Assembly (NCBI GenBank): GCA_044892505.1
Contig: CM097882.1
Coordinates: 219,294,001 to 219,358,000 of the forward strand
Origin: Schmidtea nova
Taxonomy: Eukaryota
Direction of reading: 5' to 3'
Length of the DNA stretch: 64,000 bases
Below the pieces are notes generated by a model, which did not search any database, had not been told where the DNA came from, and was given only the letters and a program-made list of their open reading frames with translations. A program made the position numbers and the translations under genes. Shown here one piece after another: positions 11,951 to 26,703 of this stretch. Position 1 is the first letter of the stretch. The number at the start of each line of letters is the position of its first letter.

Positions 11951-12599
11951 TCTTACTACTAATATACCAGTGTGACTCTACCAGAATATTACGAAAGAAG
12001 ATTATTTGTGGTCGTGAATCTAATCATTCGTAAGAAACTTGATTTTGTTCCCTAATTATAAAGGCCCACGAAATCATGCCCTCGCTACCCGGCCTAGGTA
12101 TTTTTCTTTATTTTAACCTTAGTCTAATTGTACTATATGATATTTTATGTATTCTTTTATGAAAATTATAATTTTTTATATTCAAACTTTTATTAAATTA
12201 GGTTACATTTTCTCAGTTACTAATATCACTTTATTGTTATTTATCATATATATATTTATATTTTTTTATGTATTTTAATAGGCTATCCTGGCATTTTAAT
12301 AGGCTTCCAACTAAACGTCCATATCTCCATTTGTACATGAATTTTCACGATGAGTAGTCAGGTGATGTTTTGGACTTTGATGAAATTTATTCAATTTAAA
12401 TGTTTTCAATTTAAATGTTAAATAAAACTTATCTTATTGTTGTTATTTTTTGTTTATTTTTATTTTTAATTTAACAAAATTTGTTCGAAAAAGTTTTATA
12501 CGCGTATGTGCGGTTTGGAAATCATTTTTAGTTTTTGTGCGGGATGACAATATTGCATTACGGTTGGTGGTTTTTTTTTTTTTTTTGAACTATACTTCG

Positions 12600-14130
12600 C
12601 CTGTTTTGCAGGGTTGATGATCAATTATTGAGAGCTATCTTTAGTCGGGGATTGATTGTGAATGATCAGTGGTTTAGCATTATCCCAGAGGCGTTGTTGA
12701 GCCAATTATATCACCGGTAAGGATTACACATCGTCAACAGATCTGCCCAACACATGTGAGGAGTTAAGGGTTATAGATCGATGCTTTTCGAATACTCGTG
12801 GAAATTGCATAGGTATCCGTAATGTAAATATAGATGTTTGTATGTGGTTGTAGTTGAATAGGACGAGATATAATGACTGTGTGTTATATTGTTTCTGTTG
12901 TGTTTGCGTGTGATGTGTGGATAGATGAAGGGAACAATTGAGTGCTTGTGAGTGTGGTTAGACGTACGATGCTAACTAACGTGTCTGTGTGGAATTTTTT
13001 AGTATGGTTTGTTCGTGTGTATGTGATTGTTGAATGTTATTGAATGATACTGTGCATGTGTGTATATTGTGTTTTAATTAGAGGTTGCTTGTGTATTAGT
13101 ATGGATGATGCTATTGACTGAAAAGGGTGTGATTTTTTGCAATGAGTGATGTATCATTATTTTTAAGATATCGTGGGGGTAGTTATAATATAAATTATAT
13201 AAAATATATAAAATATTTTTTAAACTTAATATAATAATAATACTTTTTAAATTAAAATAATAATAATAATTTTTATAATGCTTTTTATGAATTTTTAATT
13301 TATAATTTTATGAAAAATTAACTAATGATAAAAATTTTTTTTTTTTATTTTTATAAGATAGGTTTTTGAATTTAACTTTTTATATTTTAGAATATATATA
13401 TATATTAATCAAAAATTTTCTATAAAATTTCGAATTCAGATTTTTATAAAATGGTAAGAATTTTTAGTATAATAATAAAATTTCGATCTATAAATTTTTA
13501 TGGGGTTTAATATATCTTTTGATTTGCAAATTCTCTGGAATTTTATGAAATGATAAACTCTTTTATATATTAACAATATTAGGAAAGTTTTTGGTTTATT
13601 ATTTTTCCATTTTAAAATTTTTTGCAGTATAATAAAAAGCAAATTTTTATCCTTGATCAAAATAAAATAATAATAAATTTTTATCCGTAAATTTCGAAAT
13701 CCAAATAAGCATTTAACCTAAAAAGTTTTATATACTGAATAAAAATAAAATAAAAATAAGTTATAAATTTTTCAAGAATATTTTTAGATATCGAACAAAA
13801 TGAATTTCGGTTTTGTTGAGCATGAATTTCCCAATTAAAGCGCGCGCGAATTTTTCGGAACGCTTCACTTAGGAATTTCAGGCTCTCGAAAACGAGGTTC
13901 ACAGGAAAAACTTATTTAGATAATAATGAGTTTAATTCAGATCAAATCAATACTTGTTTCACAATTCGTTTCATTCTGTGAGCATTATTCTAGCCTTGAG
14001 CATTATTCCGAACAATTTTCTTTTCCTCATTAGCATCTGTTTTTCTTGCGTTTTCTCATAAGATGATCGTCGTTGAGAGTGTGAAGGTGAAGGTGAGTAC
14101 GAGTCGATTTTTTAATCAGTAATATTTCCT
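12600..14130 (+). repeat. Diverged direct copy of the GT-rich / AT-rich / GCGCGCGAA part of the same repeat family
   Basis: Shares gtacgatgc and gaatgttattgaatgata with 9840-9950. 13840-14110 parallels 10605-10880. gatatcgtgggggta (~13168) is inverted at ~16165. Confidence 0.6.
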
Positions 14131-14799
14131 ATTTTAGATTTCAAGTCATGAATTAGAAAATGTTTATGTTGTATTACGAGATTGCTTATGTAGATAATAA
14201 AAATATGCTACTCTATTATAATAAAAATCATTAATATAACAAATCCTTGCTCTTGGCCATACCACGATTCCCCAGTTGGGATGACGAGATTATGGATGTA
14301 TGAGCCTCACCTCAAAGTGGAAATATGGGCTGGCCGATTACCAATCAGACAACGATCCACCCAGGCTACTAACAGATCCGCACAACGCAATGCTGGACGG
14401 ATCGTCAGAAGATATGGGAGAAAAAAATTTATTTAGTTTTCATAATTTTATTTAGATAATTTTTCTTTCATGAAAGTTTTTAATATTATGGGAATGTGTG
14501 AATTATACATTTAGAAAATTCAAAAATAAATCGAAATAAAAGGAGTTTAATATTTAAATAATACCATATCAACATATTAACATTAAATAAAATAGAATAA
14601 AATAATAGATGCATAATAAAGCGCGAGGAATGGGATGATCGACAGGCATGATTACCGACGATCCCATACCCCTCGAACAAGTTTAAAGAGAGAATAAAAA
14701 TAAAAATAAAATAACCCTTACATTCCAAGCTCAAATTTTCTCAAATTTATAACAATGCGGCTTCCGGACGTTCGTAAAGAATTTGTAGTGTCCTTTTCG

Positions 14800-17700
14800 G
14801 CTCAACGGTGGAGGAAAAGATTCTTTTAAGAAGATTTTTTTTAGGAAAATTTCTGGAACGTTTCTTTGAAATCTTTTGAGACTTTCTTTATTTTTACTAA
14901 AGATTTCTCTAATCTTTTTGAAAAATTTTCTCGCAAATTATGAATAGGATTTTAAAAAAAAATTTCTCTACAAAGTTTTCCACAAATTCTGAATTCTGCC
15001 ATTTTGATGGCGGTATATATACCATCAAATTTTCTCTATCTTCGGTAGTACAATAAAACAAATTGTTCTAGAATTTTTTCTTAATTTTTTCTAAATTAAT
15101 TCTAATGATTTTCCGAAAATTAATTCCATATTTTTGTATAATAATTTTTTATAAACTATAAATAATTTATTTTAATTCAAAATTTTTATGTTTGAATCGA
15201 ATTTTGTTCGATTTGATTTAATTTATGATATTCGATCCATATTAATTCTTTCTACTGTTAAATGTGAAATTTTGTGATAAATTCACAATTTTCTTCTAAA
15301 ATTTTGTTAATTTTTCTGTACGGAAGGTTTATGACAAAATTCTGCTCTTTATGGGCATTTTCCATGGGTTTTTTGCCTATTCTAACTTTCGACCATTCTG
15401 CTTTTAATTTTTCTCGAGATTTCAGTGAAAATATTTATAAATTCGCAGTTAGCGCGTACTCTACCGGTTGATGTGTTTTGATTCCACTTCACCTTTTGGT
15501 GTTTTTCACTTAATTGTTGGATTTTTAATGGATGCTAGGGTTAAAAATGGAATCTTGCGCGTTCTCTACTTATGGGGTTATCGTTTTATTAAAACAAATT
15601 GTGTTTTGGCCCAACATAAAATACTCGGGGGCCCGCAAAAATTGCGTCCCGCAATTTCTCAGAGGGGTTAAGAACCAAGACTAATCAAAGGTCAAAAGGT
15701 TGTACATTATACACGAGCTACTTGGTCGTGGAATCTTGCGCGTTCTCTACTTATGGGGTTACCGTTTTATTAAAACAAATTGCGTTTTGGCCCAACACTT
15801 TTATAGATATTATGTTATGTAAAAATGATAATATAAAAATTATAAATAAAAATTTTTCCTAGAAATTCTTATATCAAACGTGAAAAATTATAAGTCAGAA
15901 AATGTATTATTATATTAAAATTTTATTATTTTATAAAATTCTAAATTTGAAATTTTGTGGAAAAATTTACAATTAAATTGATTATTTTATATATGCATCT
16001 TTAAAATATAAAAATTTGAATCCAAAATTTTATTATCATATTATAAAAATTAGAAATTATATTATTATATAATTTTTATAAAATTATAAATTTAAAGTTT
16101 GTATTATAAAAATTATTATTAATTTTAAAAATATTTTATATATAAATATATATTATTTTATAAATACCCCCACGATATCGCGAAAATCATGATACATCAA
16201 CATTTGCAAAACCTTACATCCATTTCATTCATTAGTAACAACCATATATATTGCCATACAAAAATTCATTCGAACATCAACATACATACTATATCGTTTC
16301 ACTCAATAGTACCTATCTGCATCAAAACCCATAAAATACACACCCAAAATTTATTTAATAACATGCGTTTGCATCATACATCCAGAATTCCTACAGGCAC
16401 TCACTTAATCTCACCCATCACTAAATTACTTATTTCACCCAACAATCTATTCAACATACAATCACATGAAATTATAACAATAGAGTATCTGTCTCAAACT
16501 TACAATAGTATATATATACACACAAACTTGCAATCACTCTCCTGAAAAATTTATAATATATCCATCAAAGCAAACATACATGTCACCACAAGATTATTAC
16601 ATTTTACATCATTAATACATCACATGACGTAACAATCCCTATTGTGAACTATTTCCCATCCAAACATCATGTCGCACAAAATTCATCTCAGTAATGTGAC
16701 CGAAACTTCTCACCCACCCTGATAACCTACCCCATGTGTAAAGGGAAGTTATTTAAATGGAAATTGAGACTCAATGTAACCCCAGAAGATATAATCTATC
16801 TGATAGGAAATTGCGGATCGAAGAATTTATTTTAGTGTAAAATACCATTACATTATATACCTATTTTGGTAGGAAGATGAAAGTTCGATCCTACAATAGT
16901 TATACTCCGAAAATGTTCTAACGTACAACCTTGATAATCACATTTTGCAGATTAAAAGTTAAAACTCGATTTAATTTTTCTTTGACCACAATAATTATGA
17001 AATTTATAATCACAAATTCATCTCAACAACACTACAATCCTAATTATCACACTTTACCAACCGAAAATTAAAAAGACATAGAGCAAGTTAAGATATATTT
17101 AAATAAATATATTACAATCATCCTTCAAATAACAAAAGCAAATGGAAAAAAATAAATTACTCCTTTGAATTTAAGATCAGTAGTAATTCCAAAATTAACG
17201 ATTTTTTTTTGGAAAATTTCCAAATTATAATTGGCTTGAGAAATTGAGATCAAATATCCTGAAAAGTTAAAAGATAGAATTAATGAAACCTTCAAATTAT
17301 ATTATACTTACTATTGCATATAAATCTAAGGTCGAAAAATACCCAGGATTTCCTAGAAGAAATATTTGGTAAACGAAAAAGTGATATCAGAAATCAATAA
17401 ATTATTATGATAATTTAAAATCCCATAATATGAATTATCCAATGAAAATCATTTAATTTTGAAATTCATTTATATAGTTCATTTTAAAAATTCGAAATTT
17501 ACCGTTTCAAAGAGTAAGGGAACGGGGGAAAACCTAATTTTTTAATATAAAATTAAAAGTACTATCTCCTCGTCTTTGCCTGTATGAAAATTTTGAGTTA
17601 TGACAGACCCACATTTTCGATTTTGCGATTGACTATAAATCGTTGCCGTTGTCAAGGACGCGGCAAAAATTTGAAATTTATAATGTTGAAATTTTTATAA

Positions 17701-18303
17701 AATTTGTATCACAAATGCATAACAAGATAGACACTAGGTATAAGGGATTAAAATTCTTATTGAAACTTTAATAAAAGGAAAAAAGCTGAAATAGAAAAAT
17801 CTTAATCAATGATTATAAAACATAATTACGATCAAATAATTATTCCCGAAAAATATATGTTTTCGGTTGAGATTCAGCTCTCCGAATTGAGTTGCGATGA
17901 TATCCTTGAGTGTGAGCTTACGAATAAAAATGGATGCATGAAAACTCCTGTGTTTTGAGATGATACCGTGTGTAATGATTAATTGGGACAAATTAATAGA
18001 TTTTTATCGATGAAATTATTTCATTTTCCTAATTTAAATAGAGATCTGCAGTTAAATGGTTAGAAAATGACAAAATGGGCATTAAATCTTTTATCGGTAG
18101 TCCTTGGAGCCAGGAGATATTCGGTCAATCATAGTTTCGAATTTTCGACGCTCACTGATTGAGAATACCCACCCATTTATTGTGTTACCAACGTTACAGT
18201 GTGACGGGCAACAATATGGTTATTCTAATGTTTTATGTTTTGAGTTGTTGATGTGAGCCATAGCAACGTCAAGGTCATATTGACAATCAACAACCCACCA
18301 GAG
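14800..18303. repeat. Inverted copy of the 7930-11950 repeat unit
   Basis: See the 7930-11950 entry. Contains an internal ~80-bp duplication (15550-15620 / 15730-15800). Confidence 0.55.
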
Positions 18304-18309
18304 GTATTA

Positions 18310-18845
18310 AAACAAATTGTTCTGGAAGGAATTTTTGATTCCTTTCAAACTTAAATTTTACAATTTTATGCAAAACTAAATTAATATTTTTGCATTAAAT
18401 TTAAATTAAACTTTAAATAATTTATTTTTAATCCAAAACTTTATTTTTGAATTAAAGTTTATTCCAATTTAGTTTAATTTGTTACATTTTCGATCAAAAT
18501 GGTTTTCTTTTATTTTTTTACGAATTTTTAAGACAAAATCGAAATCTTACTGAAGAAAATATGCTAATTTTTCCACAGCTGAGGTTTACATATCATGTAT
18601 GCGTTTTTCTATACATGCTTCAGTTAACCACTTTGGTTTTACTTGATGTTTTGAGTCAGGGATTTTTGAATTTGAACCTTGCGCGCTCTCTTCTTGCTAA
18701 TGCGCTTTGGTCCACTTTAATTTTTGGCGTGTTTTCATTTAACTACTTCGGTTTGAATTGATGTTTTGGTTAAATTAGAATCTTGCGCACTCTCTACTTG
18801 TTGTGGTACTGCTTCATTTAAACAATTTTTAGTTTTTGCTAACAC
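18310..18845 (-). repeat. Additional inverted copy of 11225-11790
   Basis: ttgatgttttggttaaattagaatcttgcgcactctctact is the reverse complement of agtagagagcgcgcaagattctaatttaaccaaaacatcaa at ~11273-11313. Confidence 0.75.
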
Positions 18846-19476
18846 TTTATGCCTTTTCTGACGTTATATACCTCGGTATGCTTTCCTTGATCAAATCGGA
18901 TGTAGTTTCTTTACTATCACTCGGAAATAGTGCACACTCGAAACAATTAAGGGTTATATTGTTTCTGTAACGGCCCTTTTAACAAGCTTCTGATTCTTGG
19001 TAAAGGAATATTCTCAAATCTTCACTTTTAATGTCCCGTTTTCCCTTCGATCTGTATATATCATATTCTATGTCGTTTGGTCACTTATACTTTTATTTTG
19101 TATTAAAATTCATATAAAAGTAAGTATAAATATTTTATCAAAATTACCAAAAAACACTAATAAATGAAATATTACCACTTTTTAATGCAAAGGTCATACT
19201 ATCAAATGAGAAATCTTATAAGTTTAAAATATAAAATATGTATATATTTTCATTTATGTCAACATTTAACTTATGTTTTAATTTTTACAGACTTTGTAAA
19301 TAATATTATAATTTTCAAAAAATATCTTTTTAAAACAATTTTAAATTATGAAAATACAATTTAGTATTTTTTGATTAACACTCAAAAAATTTTAATTTTC
19401 TCTGTTCTAAATGTGTTCTTTTGTTTATTCAACTTATTGTGATGAAATTAAATGCTGATATTTTAAAATGGAATAA

Positions 19477-20127
19477 ATGTTTCAAAAATTATTCGTTCTA
19501 ATATTTTCCTTAATTTACGCAATAAATTGTAACTTTCTCGATATTCCAATCTTAAAGGAAAATCCATTCAAAAAATTAGCAGATTATAATAAAACAGACA
19601 TTACTAACAAGAGTTATATCAATGATGAATATGACGTATTAAATCCTTTAATTAGATGCTCTTATTTACCATATAGTTTCATTTGGTGTGAAGAACCATT
19701 TGGTAATCGTTTTTATTTTTCTACTAACTTTATTGTTTCCATAGATTTAAATGGTAATATTACGAAATATAATTTATTGGGCTATGGCTGTAAGAATTGG
19801 TTCAGAGGAAAATTGACAAATGATGCACTGACTAAAATTGTTTGCCACGCTCTAAAAGACATTGAATGCAGTGGAAATAGAACTTTTTTTCTGGAGAATT
19901 ATCCCTGTATAAAGTTTTCCGGTCATTATTTTTTATCGACATTAATATGTTCGATTTTGCTTGGGGTTATGGGCATTGATCGATTTATTTTGGGCCACAC
20001 AGGGACTGCAGTTGGGAAGGCTTTAACGTTGGGAGGGTTCGGAATATGGTGGATAGTTGACATCGTGCTGTTGATCGAGGGTGATTTGATGCCAGCAGAT
20101 AACAGCTATTGGATGCCGTATTATTAA
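19477..20127 (+). CDS. TM2D2: TM2 domain-containing protein 2; join(19477..19702,19745..20127), 202 aa
   Basis: Signal peptide plus the TM2D2 signature CIKFSGHYF...LG..GIDRF.LGHTGTAVGK.LTLGG.GIWW.VD..LLI.G.LMP.D.S.W. Contains a 42-bp in-frame GT..TACTAAC..AG intron. Confidence 0.93.
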   Translation: MFQKLFVLIFSLIYAINCNFLDIPILKENPFKKLADYNKTDITNKSYINDEYDVLNPLIRCSYLPYSFIWCEEPFGNRFYFSTNFIVSIDLNGNITKYNLLGYGCKNWFRGKLTNDALTKIVCHALKDIECSGNRTFFLENYPCIKFSGHYFLSTLICSILLGVMGIDRFILGHTGTAVGKALTLGGFGIWWIVDIVLLIEGDLMPADNSYWMPYY

Positions 20128-20239
20128 TGAGTTTTTTATTTGTCGATTTAATGAATTATTTATTTTTGTTTGATTAAGATTTTTGAAAGTTCATTCTACT
20201 TTTTTTGCAAATATAAAATCGATTTTTATCTTTTTAGAT

Positions 20240-20521
20240 CAGTGGTTCCCAAAGAAGTTCCCAAATATTTTAATATTTAGTTATTTGTAGTAATTGTGTG
20301 CGTATTAATTTGCTCTTATGTAATAGTGCAATACAAAAGTAGAAATTATTGTCAAAAATAGAAACCAAGCTCGTTTATTTAGTGCATCCTCTTAATTATG
20401 CTTAAATATGTGCTTTTAATAAATATATAAATCAAGGTTTTTACGTTTTATTTTTTGTGTGGGTTGCGAAAACTACGGTTATTATAATGGGTCTTGGCTT
20501 GTAACATTTCGAAAACCAATG
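20240..20521. mobile_element. Decayed hAT/Charlie-type MITE
   Basis: Left end CAGTGGTTCCCAAA; degenerate right end ttcgaaaaccaatg, preceded by gggttgcgaaa. No clean TSD. Confidence 0.4.
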
Positions 20522-20689
20522 GTTACTTATTTTTTTGCGCACTATTACCCGCCATGATTTTATTTTTGTTACATCACAATAAGAAATGTGCCTAAAGACT
20601 TTAAAACCTGTTATATAAGAAGTTTTTAAATTTGAAAAATTAAATTGTATTTAAGGAAGAATTTAACCAATACAAAACCTTGAGGATTT

Positions 20690-21147
20690 TCCTCTAGCCA
20701 TTCTTTCTCATCTGCGAAAAGTATGAGGCCGAATATGAGCGTCGCTTTGAAAGCATGGGTTGGACAGTGCAAGAGAATTCACTACACACATGTTAGCCCG
20801 CACTGACTACCTGCATTGTAACAAGCTGGAAATGCCACAGTGAGATTACAGCTAGGAAGGTCAAGAGTAAACAAGAATGCATTCAAAAAATTATTTAAAC
20901 GCATGTATTTGACCAATAATCATACATAAACCTCCGGACATGACCAGTGCCGAGAAAAGTGCCGTGCAAAGCTTATAAACCGATATTGTATGATACTAAG
21001 AATGGAGCCGTCTCTCCCAGAATTCACAAAAATTTTGGGCACACTGTCCACGAGTGGTATTCAAAATTAGTGTCTGAAAATGGTAATGCTATTTATACTA
21101 ATTTCAGATCATTTAATTTTTTTGATACATTAAAACAAACGTTTTGA
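20690..21147 (+). pseudogene. Decayed orphan ORF (one frame, several stops)
   Basis: GC-richer island reading FFLICEKYEAEYERRFESMGW...PRKVPCKAYKPILYDTKNG...HEWYSKL. No family recognised. Confidence 0.35.
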
Positions 21148-22966
21148 AACTTTTCATTTAATTTATTTAAAATTTAAATATTCTAATTTTTACTAAAATA
21201 AATATTGATTTACGTCTAAAATTTAAGCTATTATTTTATTAATTTTTTTACAAAGTTTCTATTTTACCTAAGTTTTGACTACTTTAATTTTAAATTTTAT
21301 TATTTTTTACATTTTATTGTTATATTTTCTAGATTTATATTATTAAAATTAAGAAAAAATTTTATAATTACCTAATTCTTTTGGAGTATTTTTTTGTGAA
21401 TTGTTTTATTTATATTTTTCTTGTTCTTACTTCGAGCAATTATTCAATTTAATTTTAATTATTTTTTCTTATATGTTGTTGATTATTTTTGTTTACTTGA
21501 TGTTTAGCTCAATTATTTGAGTATACTTCGTGCATAGCCGTTATATGCTGGGTTTGTACCCGCTACCCAACACCACTATAGAGATATGGGCAAGGTTAAT
21601 CAGGTTATACTATTTACCGGTGATTTACTAAGGCTACTTGATTGATAATGACTATTGTTGATGTCCAAGATTTTTAGATCTCAACGTGCACTGGTGTAGA
21701 CTATAGTATATAATAATAAAATCAAGTTTTGAAAAATTTATTGAATAACAAAATTTACCGAATTGACAATCTTCAAAAATCAAAATTTATCAACCACGCT
21801 TTCAAATCTTTACAACTGTTTTAGAAAGTTTATTTAAAAGATATTTTGTGCGTGTCCTACTGTGTGTTTGTTATCCACGTAAATGTGTTATATTTATTTT
21901 AGTTACAAAAATTTTGTGTTGGACGTTTTTGTGCTGACCGTGAATTTTGAGTTCTCGCAGGATTACCCTTTGAGAAAATTTATGTCGCAAATTTTGGCTG
22001 AAATTAAATTTCAGAAAAATTGTGTGCAAATTTAGAAAATTTTGGCTTCCTTATATACCAAAACTTTTCATAAAACAATTAAAATAATTTCATTTTGATA
22101 TTTTCTCGATTATTTAGTTTTTCGAAAAAATTTAATTTGAATATAGAGAATAAAGCGATTGTTAATTAAAAAAATATTCATTTTTTAAAATGTTATGTGT
22201 ATTATTTTGTTTTATTCGTAGTACACTTGTTAAATTTAAATTCAATTTTTGTACTATGTTACCCCGTCAGTCAAACAAAATTACGTCGCGCTATATTTTT
22301 GACCAACACTAGTATTTTTCTCAGATTTTTCTTACCTTACTCATGTTTTATTTTTGTAGTTTCTGTTTGCATTTTGATATTTACTTTTTGTGTTAGATCT
22401 TTTATTATTTTGATTAATTTATGTACTTTAATTAATTGGGCACTATACTTTTGTTTTTGCTGCATTTAAACAAATTAATCAGTATTTTAGTTTTTGCACA
22501 ATAATTATTTTTATACAAGTTGTATCCATTTTATTTTTAACTGGAATTTTCCAAATGGATTTGTTAGAGAAATTAAAATCTATTTTTAAAATTTGGTGAA
22601 TAATATTCCAATTAGAAATGTCTATAAAGCCCGTTCTTAGATTTTTAGATATTTCAAAATATTGATTTATTGAAAAGCAATGACGGTTTTAAAACCTTTA
22701 TTTATCATAATAAATTTAAACTTTAGTCTTACAATTTTTATAATCCAGATATACTTTTAGTATTATACATTAAAATCTAGAAATCACCTAATTTTTTTTT
22801 GAAATTTATAGCAAAATATGAAATTATTTAAAAATTTTTATTTAAATTAATTGAAACATAAAATATGTTTCATTTTAGAAATATAGTCAAAGTTAAAATG
22901 ATTTCTGAAAGATATATAAATTAAAATATTTGTTTAAATAATATTAATTGCTAGCGTGTTTGTAAA

Positions 22967-25900
22967 ATGGATTTTTTAGATATATTTGATGATGGTCAAC
23001 CCGAAGTTTTAGTTGAAAAGTAAAATGAAAAATTATTTTTAAATATAAAAGTACTTGATTTTAGCAATGACAATGCTTCACGAAAACGAAAACTTGACGA
23101 TTATTTAGAAGAATACGTCGATAAAGCTTCAGATATCGAAGAAAAAAAAACCAAAGTTGATGTTTCCGATTTTAAAAATCCTTTAAATGAAATTCTTTTA
23201 AAAACTATTCACATTAAAAATTGCATTCACGAAGTGGTTTATCCGAAAAATATCACATATAAACCATTGAATAAAAGAAATCCAATCCCAGCTAAAGAAT
23301 TCAGTTTTACCCTCGATTCATTTCAAAACCAAGCTGTCCAGTGTATTGAAAACAATCAAACCGTTCTCGTATCCGCCCACACATCTGCCGGTAAAACTGT
23401 TGCAGCTAGGTAATGATTTTTATTAAAACTACAATTTTTTAAAAATTGATTTAAATATTAATTATAATTAAAAAATAGCTACACAATTGCTTTATGCATC
23501 AAAGAGAAACGACGAGTCATCTATACGACTCCGATAAAAGCATTGAGTAATCAGAAATATCGAGAATTTAAAGAAGAATTTGAAGATGTTGGTTTATTAA
23601 CCGGTGACGTTACAATCAATGGCAACGCCAGTGTATTAATTATGACAACTGAAATCCTCCGGTTGATGCTCTATCGTAATTCATCGATTATTAAAGAAGT
23701 TGCATGGGTTATATTCGATGAAATTCATTACATGAGGGATAAATCTCGAGGAGTAGTGTGGGAGGAATCAATTATATTGTTACCTCCCTCAATGAGAATG
23801 GTATTTCTGAGCGCTACTATACCAAATGCTCGCCAATTTGCCCAATGGATAGCCCATTTGCATAAACAGCCTTGCAATGTCATCTATACCGATTACAGAC
23901 CGACGCCTTTGCAACATTACATATATCCAAACGGAGCCGATCGAATATATCAAGTTGTCAATGAGAAAGGCGAATTCCTCGATGACTATTTCAATGAAGC
24001 AATGGCTGTGTTGAGGAAATCCGGCGACAATTCCAAAAACGACATGGAAAACCTAGGCCGACGTGGCGGAAATAAAGCCATTGAGTCACACTGTGAAACG
24101 CTGATTAAGAAGGTTTTCGATTTGAAAAAAGATCCAATTATCGTGTTTTCATTTTCGAAAAAATCCTGCGAACAATACGCGAAGATGTTGAGCAAATTGG
24201 ACTACACGTCAAGTTTATTGAAATTTAATTGATTTCCCGTTGTTGATAGTTATCATTAATTGATTCAACAGAGTCGGAGAAAGAGAAAATCGAGTTGATA
24301 TTTTGTAACGCCAGAAATACTTTGCCGGAAGTTGATAGAGTCCTGCCACAAATCGATGCAATGCTGAATCTGGTACGGCGGGGAATCGGCATTCACCACG
24401 GAGGTTTGATGCCGGTTTTGAAGGAAATCGTTGAAATTCTATTCTGCGAAGGCTTGATTAAATGCCTATTTGCTACGGAAACCTTCTCTATGGGTCTCAA
24501 TATGCCCGCTAAAACTGTTATTTTCACATCGGCAAATAAATTTGACGGTGTAAACATTCGGATGGTAATTTATTTGCACCTTCCGCATGACTTGTAGAGT
24601 TTTATTGGCCTACTTTTGGATTCTAGATTACATCGGGTGAGTACATTCAAATGTCCGGCAGGGCGGGTCGTCGAGGTCTCGATACGAATGGGAATGTCAT
24701 TCTGATGCTTGACAGGACAATCCAAAACGAAGACGCAAAACAAGTGATCAAAGGTGCAACGGAACCGTTGAATTCGTCATTTCACTTGACCTACAACATG
24801 ATTATGAACCTGATGAGAATAGAAACAATCAGTCCGGAATATCTGATGGAGAATAGCTTCTTTCAGTTTCAAACATACGCAGAATTGCCCAATTTGATAG
24901 CCGGTAATGATGATGATTATTGATTTATTGTATTGGATTCTATTGTAAATAGGACTCGGAGAAAAAGAGAAACTATTGAACGAGATCTCTCTTACCAACC
25001 AAGAATATCTTTCAATCGGGTCACATTATCGGCTGGAGAAATCGCTCAATTCCGTTAGGGAACAGATGTGGTCCATAATAAGGAATGAGAGCACTTATCG
25101 GCCATTTCTTATTCCTGGTCGACTGGTTCATGTAAGTTATATTGACTTTGAATAACCACCTAGTTTTCCGTCAAAGTGTAACGTTGGTACTGCAACAAAT
25201 AGGATGACATTATAAATACAACTGATCGTCGAATCAATTGAAACTATAATTGACCCAATGTCACAGGTGGGTCCAAGGGCGACCGACAGTACAATGTTTT
25301 TTACGTTGATTTCACTAAAAATTATAAATTAATTTATAATCTCCATAATAAATCTCAATTTTTTTACTGCAAAGCAATTGCTTCTCAAATGGCTTTTCGC
25401 TTTTCATTCTATAAATTATTGATACTCTCTCTAAAACCTACATGTGACATTTATTGAACTTTTTCATTTTTCGTTTTAATGTCTAGTATTAAACAGTATG
25501 ATCTAATTGGATATTAGAGTTCCTTCACAGTTTTCGACAATTATAATTCAACAATTTTAGACCGTATATTTTTACAATACTAGTTTTTCAAAGCCTTAAA
25601 AACAATTTTCTCAACCGCTTCAATGCCAATAGATTAATAAATCAATTATTTGAAAAACAGTCTGTTTATAGTATCATCAGGTCCAAATTACTGCAGAAAC
25701 AAACAAGTTCCGTTACGCATCCACTTTCCCATAATTTTAAACAATAATTTTAAACCTATTTAATTCTATTGGCCTGCCAACAAGTTTTACTGCAGCTATT
25801 AGTAAAACATTAAAGAACAACTTTCTTGAAAAAAACTTTTACAAACGTTTTCCTAGTATTTCACAAACAAAAGTCAGCGGAAATCATGACAGATACATTT

Positions 25901-26608
25901 AGGATATTATAATTATTAATAATTCCATTTCCAGGTCAAATATAATGAAAATGATTTCGGTTGGTGTATTTTGGTATCAAAATTACAAAGTGGAAAATTC
26001 AAATCAAAGTTTGTCGAATGTATTGTTCCAGTGGCACACGAAAGCATTTTTGCGAAAGAATTATCAATGGCTACTCCATCACCAAAACACGAAATGCGAC
26101 CCGACGGAAATTTATTTGAAATTCAATTGAACAATATTTATGAATTATCATCAGTTGTGATTGATTGTTCTGATATATTGTTGAATTCATTGAGGAAAAA
26201 TGATGAAGCAAGAAAAGAGTTTCTGAATAAACGAAATAGTATCATTGCTCGATTTAACGAAATTCTTTTGGTGGATTTGAAAAAAGATCTTAAATGTAAA
26301 CCCGATAAAATCAATGAATTTGAACAGGTGAGCTTTATTTATTAAAAAAATAGAAAACAGATTTATTTATTGTTATATTGAATAATAATATAATATTATA
26401 ATAACTTTTTGATATTAATTATTTATAAAAATTAATTATTTTTTATTGTAATTTATAATAATAATAATTAATAATATAATGATAATAATTAAAAGTATAA
26501 TAATAATTATAAAAAAATAATAATAATAACAATTATAATAATACATAACACAGCAGACATGGCAATAAAATAATTAAAAACAAACGCCAATACAAATATA
26601 TATTTTGC

Positions 26609-26703
<95 letters not shown>

